Assembly (NCBI GenBank): GCA_002269645.1
Contig: NIVC01000266.1
Location: forward strand, 1-64,000
Reading direction: 5' to 3'
DNA: 64,000 bases
Origin: Macrostomum lignano
Taxonomy: Eukaryota
In this document: positions 1-12,344 of the stretch, piece after piece
Layout of the letters: each line of letters begins with the position of its first letter
Numbering within the stretch: position 1 is the stretch's first letter
The notes under the pieces: generated by a model
Told to the model about the DNA's origin: nothing
What the model saw: the letters and a program-made list of their open reading frames with translations, nothing else
Databases searched by the model: none
Made by a program: the position numbers and the translations under genes

Positions 1-404
1 AATGAAAGTAATTAATGACAATATAATTAAAGTAAATACTGAATTTCACATTTCTAACTCAAAGTAATTCTAATTACACAATACTTTGGTAATTACAAGT
101 TTTATAGGTTGTATCATAACATATCTTGAGTATCAAGGCACTGGAAATTTAAATAGATTGATCAAAACACATTAAAACAATTTTATCATTGTTGGCTAAA
201 TCATTGTCTAGGCCTAAAACATTATTTTTTGTCTCAAAAACTATTTGAAATTATTTTTTAGGACATTAAGATACATATTGTTATATCTCCTCCCTTGTTA
301 CCAAATGGACTGTTACCACTAACAATACATTAAATACAAGTGCTAAAAATCCTAGGAGCTAAAGTGGCTAAAATAAAGGAGAAAGTCTCAAAAATCTTCC
401 AAAT

Positions 405-448
405 AAAGCCAGGAGATAAAGGAGATAAAGGAAGGTGTAGGCACCCTG
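405..448 (-). mobile_element. Possible DNA-transposon terminus (reads CAGGGTGCCTACAC on minus) with short GGAGATAAA subterminal repeats
   Basis: GTGTAGGCACCCTG at 435-448 and tandem GGAGATAAA at 412-429. CAGGG-starting ends are typical of hAT-like elements. No partner end is visible in the window. Confidence 0.3.
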
Positions 449-1668
449 CATTTATCCACTTATTCTATTGAATCAAATATACTAAATATCTATACTAGGC
501 CTATACTATTTTGTATAGCATGTTCTCTAAGGGCTGCAGGGCAAAGCATTCAAAAAGGACAAAAAAGTGAAAAAAATTAATCATGAATATCATGGAAGAA
601 TATAGATATAGCCTATAGACTATAGTGTATAGCCTTGCAAGGCTTGCAATTGCAATTTAGCCTTGCAATTTTAACCATAAGCTTATAGTTAAAATTGCCT
701 TGGTTGACTTGCAATAGTTTTGGGCCACTATTCATCTTGTTAATATTAGTGATAAGTCTTGCCAGGGGGTGCATGACCAAGATGGCCACACACCAAGATG
801 GCCACAGTTTATTAAAATGTCTAAATAGATAATATGATGCTCATTTCCTTATTATAATTGGTCACAATTGGTCTTAAGGTATGTCTGTGAGAGCTGTGTC
901 TTATTTGCCCTATAACTATAAGCCAAGTTTTAACATGAAGATTAATAAAGATCAAGATCCACTATTTGCAAACTCAATATTTTAAGTTAAAAAGGCAATA
1001 AATATATGCTCGAACAATTTAAACCCACCTGCAACTTGGCTAGATACTAAATTTTCCAAAAGGGCTTTCCAGACATGAGTCCAAAAATTGAAGTAAGCAG
1101 AAGCAAGTAACTGTATAATTATCCACGAAACTAAAAATGAAGTGTCTGTATGTATGCAAGTATATCTAATAGTAAGTAAGTAAGCTTGGCTCAGGCAAGA
1201 AGCCTGTTTTGGCCAGTATATGTCAGTGTATTTATTATTAATAATAATTCAATAGATAAACTAGATATGAGCGGCTAATTCGGCAATAATATAGTATTTT
1301 GAAAGAGTGTTAATATTTTTTCTACGAAACTTCAAACGATCTTTAACGATAAACCGCCGCGGAAGCCATGCAAATTTCGCGACAGAATCCCCAAATCAGC
1401 ATTTGAAGTTGCTTAACTATCATTTTAAAGCTATCGCTGCTGTAGTAAGTACTTTAGTCACTTTTTGATGTATTAATTTCCATTGCCAATGAATGGGCTC
1501 AAGAGTATACTAATAGTAGACTTGTTTTATAAACGATTAGAACATTTGTCCAAAACGACACTTTTGATATTTTAATCCCAAATGGATAAAATGAAAATCA
1601 TTGCTACGAAAACTATGATTAATGTGCATGAAAATACAAAATAGAATAAAAAAATACTATGAGATATC

Positions 1669-4600
1669 TCAAATCGGCGCTGGAAAGCTCAAATTGGCGC
1701 GGAAAGCTCAAATTGGCGCCGAAAGTCAAATTTGGCGCCAGATCACCAAATCGGCGCCAGTATCGCCAAATCAGCGCCGGAATGCTGAAATCAGCGCTAA
1801 AAAGCCCGGACCAGCGATGGAAAGCTCAAATCGGCGCTGGAAAGCTCAAATTGGCGCGGAAAGCTCAATTGGCGCCAAAAGTCAAATTTGCGCCAGGATC
1901 ACCAAATCGGCGCCAGTATCGCCAAATCAGCGCTGGAATGCTGAAATCAGCGCTAAAAAGCCCGGACCAGCGCTGGAAAGCTCAAATCGGCGCTGGAAAG
2001 CTCAAATTGGCGCGGGAAAGCTCAAATTGGCGCCGAAAGTCAAATTTGGCGCCAGGATCACCAAATTTGGCGCCAGTATCGCAAATCAGCGCCGGAATGC
2101 TGAAAACAGCGCTAAAAAGCCCGGACCAGCGCTGGAAAGCTCAAATTGGCGCGGAAAGCTTAAATTGGCGCCGAAAGCCAAATTTGGCGCCAGGATCACC
2201 AAATCGGCGCCAGTATCGCCAAATCAGCGCCGGAATGCTGAAAACAGCGCTAAAAAGCCCGGACCAGCGCTGGAAAGCTCAAATTGGCGCGGAAAGCTTA
2301 AATTGGCGCCGAAAGCCAAATTTGGCGCCAGGATCACCAAATCGGCGCCAGTATCGCCAAATCAGCGCCGGAATGCTGAAACAGCGCTAAAAAGCCCGGA
2401 CCAGCGCTGGAAAGCTCAAATCGGCGCTGGAAAGCTCAAATTGGCGCGGAAAGCTCAAATTGGCGCCGAAAGTCAAATTTGGCGCCAGGATCACCAAATC
2501 GGCGCCAGGATCCCTTAATCAGCGCTGGAATGCTGAAATCAGCGCTAAAAAGCCCGGACCAGCGCTGGAAAGCTCAAATCGGCGCTGGAAAGCTCAAATT
2601 GGCGCGGAAAGCTCAAATTGGCGCTGAAAGTCAAATTTGCGCCAGGATCACCAAATCGGCGCCAGTATCGCCAAATCAGCGCCGGAATGCTGAAAACAGC
2701 GCTAAAAAGCCCGGACCAGCGATGGAAAGCTCAAATCGGCGCTGGAAAGCTCAAATTGGCGCGGAAAGCTCAAATTGGCGCCAAAAGTCAAATTTGGCGC
2801 CAGGATCACCAAATCGGCGCCAGTATCGCCAAATCAGCGCTGGAATGCTGAAACAGCGCTAAAAAGCCCGGACCAGCGCTGGAAAGCTCAAATTGGCGCG
2901 GAAAGCTTAAATTGGCGCCGAAAGCCAAATTTGGCGCCAGGATCACCAAATCGGCGCCAGTATCGCCAAATCAGCGCCGGAATGCTGAAAACAGCGCTAA
3001 AAAGCCCGGACCAGCGCTGGAAAGCTCAAATTGGCGCGGGAAAGCTCAAATTGGCGCCGAAAGTCAAATTTGGCGCCAGGATCACCAAATTTGGCGCCAG
3101 TATCGCCAAATCAGCGCCGGAATGCTGAAAACAGCGCTAAAAAGCCCGACCAGCGCTGGAAAGCTCAAATTGGCGCGGAAAGCTTAAATTGGCGCCGAAA
3201 GCCAAATTTGGCGCCAGGATCACCAAATCGGCGCCAGTATCGCCAAATCAGCGCCGGAATGCTGAAAACAGCGCTAAAAAGCCCGGACCAGCGCTGGAAA
3301 GCTCAAATTGGCGCGGAAAGCTTAAATTGGCGCCGAAAGCCAAATTTGGCGCCAGGATCACCAAATCGGCGCCAGTATCGCCAAATCAGCGCCGGAATGC
3401 TGAAAACAGCGCTAAAAAGCCCGGACCAGCGCTGGAAAGCTCAAATTGGCGCGGAAAGCTTAAATTGGCGCCGAAAGCCAAATTTGGCGCCAGGATCACC
3501 AAATCGGCGCCAGTATCGCCAAATCAGCGCCGGAATGCTGAAAACAGCGCTAAAAAGCCGGACCAGCGCTGGAAAGCTCAAATTGGCGCGGAAAGCTTAA
3601 ATTGGCGCCGAAAGCCAAATTTGGCGCCAGGATCACCAAATCGGCGCCAGTATCGCCAAATCAGCGCCGGAATGCTGAAAACAGCGCTAAAAAGCCCGGA
3701 CCAGCGCTGGAAAGCTCAAATCGGCGCTGGAAAGCTCAAATTGGCGCGGAAAGCTCAAATTGGCGCCGAAAGTCAAATTTGGCGCCAGGATCACCAAATC
3801 GGCGCCAGTATCGCCAAATCAGCGCCGGAATGCTGAAATCAGCGCTAAAAAGCCCGGACCAGCGCTGGAAAGCTCAAATCGGCGCTGGAAAGCTCAAATT
3901 GGCGCGGAAAGCTCAAATTGGCGCCGAAAGTCAAATTTGGCGCCAGGATCACCAAATCGGCGCCAGTATCGCCAAATCAGCGCTGGAATGCTGAAAACAG
4001 CGCTAAAAAGCCCGGACCAGCGCTGGAAAGCTCAAATTGGCGCGGAAAGCTTAAATTGGCGCCGAAAGCCAAATTTGGCGCCAGGATCACCAAATCGGCG
4101 CCAGTATCGCCAAATCAGCGCCGGAATGCTGAAAACAGCGCTAAAAAGCCCGGACCAGCGCTGGAAAGCTTAAATTGGCGCGGAAAGCTTAAATTGGCGC
4201 CGAAAGCCAAATTTGGCGCCAGGATCACCAAATCGGCGCCAGTATCGCCAAATCAGCGCCGGAATGCTGAAAACAGCACTAAAAAGCCCGGACCAGCGCT
4301 GGAAAGCTCAAATCGGCGCTGGAAAGCTCAAATTGGCGCGGAAAGCTCAAATTGGCGCCGAAAGCCAAATTTGGCGCCAGGATCACCAAATCGGCGCCAG
4401 GATCCCTTAATCAGCGCTGGAATGCTGAAATCAGCGCTAAAAAGCCCGGACCAGCGCTGGAAAGCTCAAATCGGCGCTGGAAAGCTCAAATTGGCGCGGA
4501 AAGCTCAAATTGGCGCCGAAAGTCAAATTTGGCGCCAGGATCACCAAATCGGCGCCAGTATCGCCAAATCAGCGCTGGAATGCTGAAATCAGCGCTAAAA

Positions 4601-6880
4601 AGCCCGGACCAGCGCTGGAAAGCTCCAATCGGCGCTGGAAAGCTCAAATTGGCGCGGGAAAGCTCAAATTGGCGCCGAAAGTCAAATTTGGCGCCAGGAT
4701 CACCAAATTTGGCGCCAGTATCGCCAAATCAGCGCCGGAATGCTGAAAACAGCGCTAAAAAGCCCGGACCAGCGCTGGAAAGCTCAAATTGGCGCGGAAA
4801 GCTTAAATTGGCGCCAAAAGCCAAATTTGGCGCCAGGATCACCAAATCGGCGCCAGTATCGCCAAATCAGCGCCGGAATGCTGAAAACAGCGCTAAAAAG
4901 CCCGGACCAGCGCTGGAAAGCTCAAATTGGCGCGGAAAGCTTAAATTGGCGCCGAAAGCCAAATTTGGCGCCAGGATCACTAAATCGGCGCCAGTATCGC
5001 CAAATCAGCGCCGGAATGCTGAAAACAGCGCTAAAAAGCCCGGACCAGCGATGGAAAGCTCAAATCGGCGCTGGAAAGCTCAAATTGGCGCGGAAAGCTC
5101 AAATTGGCGCCAAAAGTCAAATTTGGCGCCAGGATCACCAAATCGGCGCCAGTATCGCCAAATCAGCGCTGGAATGCTGAAATCAGCGCTAAAAAGCCCG
5201 GACCAGCGCTGGAAAGCTCAAATCGGCGCTGGAAAGCTCAAATTGGCGCGGGAAAGCTCAAATTGGCGCTGAAAGTCAAATTTGGCGCCAGGATCACCAA
5301 ATCAGCGCCGGAATGCTGAAAACAGCGCCAAAAAGCCCGGACCAGCGCTGGAAAGCTCAAATCGGCGCTGGAAAGCTCAAATTGGCGCGGAAAGCTCAAA
5401 TTGGCGCCGAAAGTCAAATTTGGCGCCAGGATCACCAAATCGGCGCCAGGATCCCTTAATCAGCGCTGGAATGCTGAAATCAGCGCTAAAAAGCCCGGAC
5501 CAGCGCTGGAAAGCTCAAATCGGCGCTGGAAAGCTCAAATTGGCGCGGAAAGCTCAAATTGGCGCCGAAAGTCAAATTTGGCGCCAGGATCACCAAATCG
5601 GCGCCAGTATCGCCAAATCAGCGCCGGAATGCTGAAATCAGCGCTAAAAAGCCCGGACCAGCGCTGGAAAGCTCAAATCGGCGCTGGAAAGCTCAAATTG
5701 GCGCGGAAAGCTCAAATTGGCGCCGAAAGTCAAATTTGGCGCCAGGATCACCAAATCGGCGCCAGTATCGCCAAATCAGCGCCGGAATGCTGAAAACAGC
5801 GCTAAAAAGCCCGGACCAGCGCTGGAAAGCTCAAATCGGCGCTGGAAAGCTCAAATTGGCGCGGGAAAGCTCAAATTGGCGCCGAAAGTCAAATTTGGCG
5901 CCAGGATCACCAAATTTGGCGCCAGTATCGCCAAATCAGCGCCGGAATGCTGAAAACAGCGCTAAAAAGCCCGGACCAGCGCTGGAAAGCTCAAATCGGC
6001 GCTGGAAAGCTCAAATTGGCGCGGAAAGCTCAAATTGGCGCGGAACGTCAAATTTGGCGCCAGGATCACCAAATCGGCGCCAGGATCCCTTAATCAGCGC
6101 TGGAATGCTGAAATCAGCGCTAAAAAGCCCGGACCAGCGCTGGAAAGCTCAAATCGGCGCTGGAAAGCTCAAATTGGCGCGGGAAAGCTCAAATTGGCGC
6201 CGAAAGTCAAATTTGGCGCCAGGATCACCAAATCGGCGCCAGTATCGCCAAATCAGCGCCGGAATGCTGAAAACAGCGCCAAAAAGCCCGGACCAGCGCT
6301 GGAAAGCTCAAATCGGCGCTGGAAAGCTCAAATTGGCGCGGGAAAGCTCAAATTGGCGCCGAAAGTCAAATTTGGCGCCAGTATCGCCAAATCAGCGCCG
6401 GAATGCTGAAAACAGCGCTAAAAAGCCCGGACCAGCGCTGGAAAGCTCAAATCGGCGCTGGAAAGCTCAAATTGGCGCGGAAAGCTCAAATTGGCGCCGA
6501 AAGTCAAATTTGGCGCCAGGATCACCAAATCGGCGCCAGGATCCCTTAATCAGCGCTGGAATGCTGAAATCAGCGCTAAAAAGCCCGGACCAGCGCTGGA
6601 AAGCTCAAATCGGCGCTGGAAAGCTCAAATTGGCGCGGAAAGCTCAAATTGGCGCCGAAAGTCAAATTTGGCGCTAGGATCACCAAATCGGCGCCAGTAT
6701 CGCCAAATCAGCGCCGGAATGCTGAAAACAGCGCTAAAAAGCCCGGACCAGCGCTGGAAAGCTCAAATCGGCGCTGGAAAGCTCAAATTGGCGCGGAAAG
6801 CTCAAATTGGCGCCGAAAGTCAAATTTGGCGCCAGGATCACCAAATCGGCGCCAGGATCCCTTAATCAGCGCTGGAATGT
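1669..6880. repeat. Satellite array, about 5.2 kb, 139- and 158-bp monomers built from ~19-20-bp subunits
   Basis: Period 139 (3190/3329/3468) and 158 (3760/3918). Each subunit has a GGCGCC/GGCGCG/AGCGCT core separated by A/T tracts. Confidence 0.97.
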
Positions 6881-6921
6881 GCCAACGGGCGTAGAAGTGG
6901 CAGCATATATCAGCTTGCTAC

Positions 6922-6986
6922 TTTTGGGCGCCAATTTTAATTTACCGGCGCCAATTTTAGCCTTTCGGCGCCCATTTTAGCGCCCT
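6922..6986 (-). mobile_element. Inverted short copy of the satellite subunits ending in a hAT-like terminus (CAGGGCGCTAAAATGGGCGCCGAAAGG on minus)
   Basis: TTTGGGCGCCAATTTT, CCGGCGCCAATTTT, TTTCGGCGCCC are reverse complements of the array motif AAATTGGCGCCGAAA. The block ends in GCGCCCTG at 6986. Confidence 0.45.
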
Positions 6987-7633
6987 GGCAAGGTCATTGC
7001 ATTTAGTTCTCACGCAATGGAGCCGAAAAAAGAGTTTTTTTTCTTTTTTGAATTAGTGCCATGTATCTTGACAACCAATGCGAGTCAAGTTCTGGCGTCT
7101 GCTTCTCCACAGCCCCGTAATGGCATATCCTAATAATTGTGGGCTGGCCCGCGCTAAGGGAGCCCACCCCACCGTGGGGCGGACCCCGCTAACGGGCTAT
7201 TTTTAGCGTGGGATGGGCTCCGCTAACGGGCGGCCATAAACTGGAGCGTGGGCTTCACTCGGAAAATCCGAGTAAAATTTCTCGTTTCGCGGCTGTACTC
7301 TCGTACACACTCATTATTTTTTTGTTTGAAATATAAGTTCCAAGTATTTTATATCACCCTAAATATGCTAGCACTATCATTCTCTTTAGGTTTGCTGTTT
7401 AACATTTAACATCAAACAAGGCACTAAAAGCCTTCAACATAGATTTTTTTCCGATTCCAGCTGTAAATTAATATGAATCTGTAAAACTTGTTTACATATT
7501 CATATTCATTTACAGTTTAATTATCGAAACCAGTTCGGATTTCAGCTTCGAAACTTTTATTTTTATTATTCTACCTATTGCAGGGTTTACTGCAAAAGAA
7601 ATTGAAATCAAAAGAATTTGAATCAATATTGCA

Positions 7634-8822
7634 ATGGCCCATCAAAGTAAGAAGAGTGACAGCGGCAAGAAGTACGAGGATGCGAAGCCTTCAGATTCCA
7701 AACCTATAAAAATGGACATTCAGTTCGACTCGATTCCGGAAAAGTAAGTAGAAATGTTTTTCATTGCTAGATTTTCCATTTAAGCAGAAATTCTAGTAAT
7801 CGAGCCTTTTCATTTCTTCCCCTATCAGGCCAAAGCAAGAGCATCTTGGCTTGAGCCAGAATGTCAGAGACGCCAAGGACGCTAACGCTGGCGGCGCTGT
7901 GGATATTGACTCGGCTGCTCCCAAGGCCACTTCTTTATTATCGTCAAAGTCTGATCCGGGCAGCCGCGACCAATCAGCTAGCGCTTCATTAACCAAACCA
8001 GGCTCATCATCAAGACCTGAATTGTCCTCTGTCACTAATAGAGTCCAACAGATGAGCCTAGATGAAGGTATTGCCACTGTGGAGAGCTTTACTCAAATCG
8101 ATTCTGTTAATTATCCTACAAAGACTCAAACAGCAAAGACTGTCGACGCCAAGGCGACTGCATTAAGAGCAGGAATTTCTGGTCCGGGCAGCCACGACCA
8201 ATCAACTAGGGATTCATTAACCAACTTCAAAGCATTACCGCCAGGCTCATCATTAAAACCCGAATTGTCCCCAGTCACTGAGACTGGTAGAGTCCAACTG
8301 AAGAGCCTAGATGAAGGTATCGCCAGCTTTGCTCCAATCGGCTCTGTTAATTCTTTTACAAAGACTGTGGGCGCCGGGGCGACTGCATTAGGAGCAGAAA
8401 TGTCAGACTCAAAAGCTGACGAGCTTTGCTGTTACAAAAATGCCGCTACCGCCGCTGTCCACTGCCTGGCCTTCACCAACGATCCAGCCAAGGCTATGGA
8501 CCTTTTGTTAAAACGCTGTCCCCAGACTCTGCTCAGCGTTGACAACCAGCTGTACCAGGAGAGCCCGCTAGGACAGGCTCTGCTCCGGGGCCACGCCGGT
8601 CTGGCTAAGAACTTTCTAGAAACAGCGGAGAAAGCCGGGCTTGATGATGCGATACTGCATCACCGCAATTCTTCTCGGCACACTATGCTTATACTGGCTG
8701 TTGACCTGTTGAAGAATGAGCCTAGCAAGAATACAGAGCTCATTGTGCGGCTGCTGAGTAGCTGGTGCGTGTTTGAACTTGTTCTACTAGAATCTTTTAG
8801 CTGACAGTTTGGTTTGACTGCC

Positions 8823-8885
<63 letters not shown>

Positions 8886-9972
8886 GTCTGTTACTCATCC
8901 AAACTTCTGACCGGAGCGCTGAACACTAAACAATATCCTATCCCTTCCGCCTCCGCAGGCCCACCCAGGTGCACGAATGCTACGACGTCGAGGGTCGCAA
9001 CGTGTTTCATCATTGCGCAGCCGACAACAATCCAAACGCTCTGGCCGCGATATTCAACTGGCTGTTGAAGAATCCTGACCAGTGCGAGCCGTCCCGCGTG
9101 GCCGCCGCTCTGCAAATGCCGGACGGCCGGTGCCGGACACCCGTGCATTACATGGCCGAACAGGGCTGTATGGAGATGCTGGAAACTGTTCAAAAATTTG
9201 CCAAGGATAAAGGGGTTAAGGTGAGCTATTGTTTGCCGGAATATATTTTTGATTTAAACAGACAGACAGACAGACAGACAGACACTAAGACAGCCCCATA
9301 AAAATCCCACAGATCGATTTCGACTGGCACTGGCGCGGCGCATTCGATCGCACCCCGCTGATGCTGGCGGCCCAGTGCGGCAACCTGGACGCCTGCCGCT
9401 GGCTGCTGAACAACGGCAGCGTTCGGCTGACTATCCGAGCTTCCGACATCGGCCAGACGGCATTAGACATGGCCAAGTCAGCCGGGCATGATGAGGTCGC
9501 CAACCTGCTCCAATCCGCATTACAGTCAGCTCAGGAGGATGACGATGCATTATCAGATTTCGCCGATGACTACAACGAGGATTCAGACGAAGATTTCGGC
9601 TTCGAGGAGGGCGACTGTTCCGCCCCGGTGGTGACCAGTAGCTCGGCCGCTACTGTGTCCGCTGTGTCCGCTGGGCCGGCTGCCAACGACCTGGACAAGC
9701 TGGACTCCAGCGCCCGCACCCAGCTGTGCGCCCAGCTGCGCGAACTCAAGCTGTACGACACCTTTCTGGACCGGCTGAAAGAATGCGTGCCCGAGCTGAA
9801 AACCAACCCGGGCTTCTTGGAGCTGTCCGCCGATCCGCTCTACCTGTCAATCAGCCTGGCCGCCGGCAGCCGCTCGCACGGAGTCAGCCAGGCTATGCTG
9901 GCCAAACTGCTGTCCGAGATCAACGCGCCGGACAGCCTGGCCAAGGAATTGCACCTGCTCGAGGGCCAGTAG
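7634..9972 (+). CDS. Ankyrin-repeat protein, ~655 aa: Ser-rich duplicated N-terminus, ~6-7 ANK repeats, acidic tract, helical C-terminal domain
   Basis: Exons 7634-7743, 7829-8764, 8959-9220, 9313-9972; GT-AG, phases 2/2/0; total 1968 nt = 656 codons. ANK motifs ESPLGQALLRGH, GRNVFHHCA, RTPVHYMAEQG, RTPLMLAAQCGN, GQTALDMAKSAGHDEVANLL. Confidence 0.9.
8817..8890. repeat. (GTCT)n microsatellite in ankyrin-gene intron 2
   Basis: Directly visible tetranucleotide run. Confidence 0.95.
9257..9293. repeat. (GACA)n microsatellite with CACTAA interruption in ankyrin-gene intron 3
   Basis: Directly visible. Confidence 0.9.
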
Positions 9973-11322
9973 GGCCGGCATAGGAGGAGCGGCGCCGGCC
10001 GGCCCCGGGCCAAGGATGCCTGGCGTGCCCGGTCTCAGGGCCGAGTGGGTGGCTTTGCTTTCCATTTGCTGTCTCGAGCTGCCCCTTGCCAGGCGCCTTT
10101 TAGTGTAGTTGTTTAGCTTCACCTAGCCTGTTTTACAAGGTCACTCATTGTCTTGCGTTGAAATCCTGACCTACAGTAGTTTGAGTGGCCCATTTTCCCT
10201 TCTTGACGTCCCTGGACCTCGTGTGATGACCTACTGAACAATTGGCCTTTGAGATCCTGATTCACTGACACGATTTTCCCTTCGATCAGAGACCCAAAAT
10301 TTCCTGAGAAAAAACACCAAGCCTACCTTTTACTCACCTCTCCTACTTTGCAAGGCAAAATGTACTCTGTTATACTCCCGCTCCAGATCGGCCAACTCTG
10401 ACACAATGTACTTTTATAGGCCCAACTGCCGCTTTTATCAGCTACAATAATTATCCATCTAATTAGACCTGATAAGCGGCGGTTGGGCTTGTTAAAGTAC
10501 ATTGTGTCAGAGTTGGGCGATGTGGAGCGAGTATAGCAGCGTACATTCTTGTTGAGGATTGGCTGAGCAATAAAACTGGGTTGGCTGACTTGAGGGCGCT
10601 GATTGAGTTTTATCCATATATAATTATCTTCTAAATCATCTAACTGCACCCATCTATTATGTTATTCAGCTATCTAAATTGCACTAATTTAGTGCCTGGC
10701 AAGCAGCTGGCTTAATTTAATTCGGCTTTCTCTAAGACGGGTGTTTGGTCTACAATTATTATTATGATTATTATTATTATCAATAATAATAATAATTTAT
10801 AAAATAACTAGCACACGCCAGTGTCTTTTGCCGGATTAATTAAGTTTATCGGGACTATAAGCGTATACAGAAAGCATTGCTGACCCTTGTTTGAGAGGAC
10901 TGATCGAGCTGGTTATTGCGTTTTTCACCTGAGTTGCTTGCTATGTCCTATTCATGAGTCCGGAGTCTAAGACCCGAGTGAACAAGGACAGCTCACAGTG
11001 TGGCTACTGTGGGTACTTGCGTGTTGTAGTGCTAGCATGTATGCTCGAGCCTCTTAAAATGGTCCTGTTTTTTACGACCGGCTGCTCTCATGGCACTGGA
11101 TTTCGAAAAACGAATAATAATAAAATTGTATAAATCTTTACTCTCGCATTCATCGCTTGTAAAATTCTTTACTCATTTGCGCGTGTCTTCAATTTTTTAT
11201 ATTTAGTTACTCCTAATTTTCATTGGGAAATTATTTATTATTTAGTGTTGTCTGCTTTGCTACGCTAACAATGTCTGGTAAAATTGTTCTTTCTCTGTCT
11301 GTCTAAATTGAAAATTCTCTTA

Positions 11323-11430
11323 GGTTTACTCCCGATTTGCTGATTTGCACAACATACGAAGTCCTGGCTAATGCTGAAATTGCTAACTAATAGCTATAGA
11401 ACTTTGAATTCGGCGAATCGGGAGTAAACC
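11323..11430. mobile_element. MITE, GGTTTACTCCC-TIR family, copy 1
   Basis: GGTTTACTCCCGATT (11323) and AATCGGGAGTAAACC (ending 11430) form a perfect inverted repeat. Only a 5-bp flanking direct repeat (TCTTA) is clear. Confidence 0.65.
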
Positions 11431-11502
11431 TCTTATTATTTATTCGGTTTCAAATTTTATTATTCACATTCGCTTTATGATTACATCTATCTTACCTGTT
11501 GG

Positions 11503-11631
11503 GGTTTACTCCCTATTCACCGAATCCCGATTTGCCGAAATCCCTCTTCGCCGAATTCCCCAGCAAAGGAGCGGCTTCGGCGAGGTGGGAAGTGCGGCAA
11601 ATCGGGATTCGTGGTGAATAGGGAGTAAACC
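11503..11631. mobile_element. MITE, GGTTTACTCCC-TIR family, copy 2, 8-bp TSD
   Basis: ~35-bp TIR (GGTTTACTCCCTATTCACCGAATCCCGATTTGCCG, with a 2-bp insertion in the right copy). CCTGTTGG is duplicated at 11495-11502 and 11632-11639. Confidence 0.8.
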
Positions 11632-12344
11632 CCTGTTGGGTAGCTTCAATTCTTGTTTAAATGATGATTTTGATGTGGTGTAGTTTGCGGCGAAATCTGT
11701 ATGTGACTGCTCATCCATCTACTGTCTTTACTCAATTTCCTTTTTTATCTTCTAAGCTCGCCATTATCGACACTTAGCAAAGCGCTCTCTTGTTGCTGCA
11801 GCCCATCTTGATCTGAAGTACCTTTAAATGCATGTGCCGCGGCGTCTCTATTGTAGCAATTTTTATAATTAGCAACGTCGCGAGGAACGTTAATACGCGA
11901 GGGAATTTTCGATGCATTTAAAGAGACTATTTGATTTTTTGTCATAAAGCAGGTGAATTTTAAAAGAATAAATGCGGCTTCTTTGACAATAAAATCGAAC
12001 ATGCTTCTGCATGAAGGAGCGACTTGAGCCGCCTTGCTTTATCCGTCATATATCAATTCTTTTTGTTTTAATTTCTGTCTTATTTGTTATTTCTTTTAAA
12101 CGTAAAGCAAAAAAGTTGTTATTGTTTACACAGTTGAACTAAAATATATTTGTCAGCAGAGTTTTCACTGCTACTTACTATCATCAATTACTGGCAAATT
12201 GTCAGTTGCCAGTAATAAAGAGCCGTTTTCTGCCATGAAACTGACAACCAGTTGAAGCTAAACCAGCTACTAAACTTCAGTATTCATCAATCAAATAACT
12301 TTATTACCTATTGCTTCCACTATCAGCTAGTCAACAAACCCCTA

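Noticed and set aside
1622-6894. Many overlapping 70-370 aa ORFs
   Set aside because: Read-throughs of the satellite in several frames, broken by single-base variants; no domain signature.
12188-12215. 10-bp hairpin TTACTGGCAA...TTGCCAGTAA as a Helitron 3' end
   Set aside because: No CTRR terminus at the expected distance and no matching 5' TC end identified.
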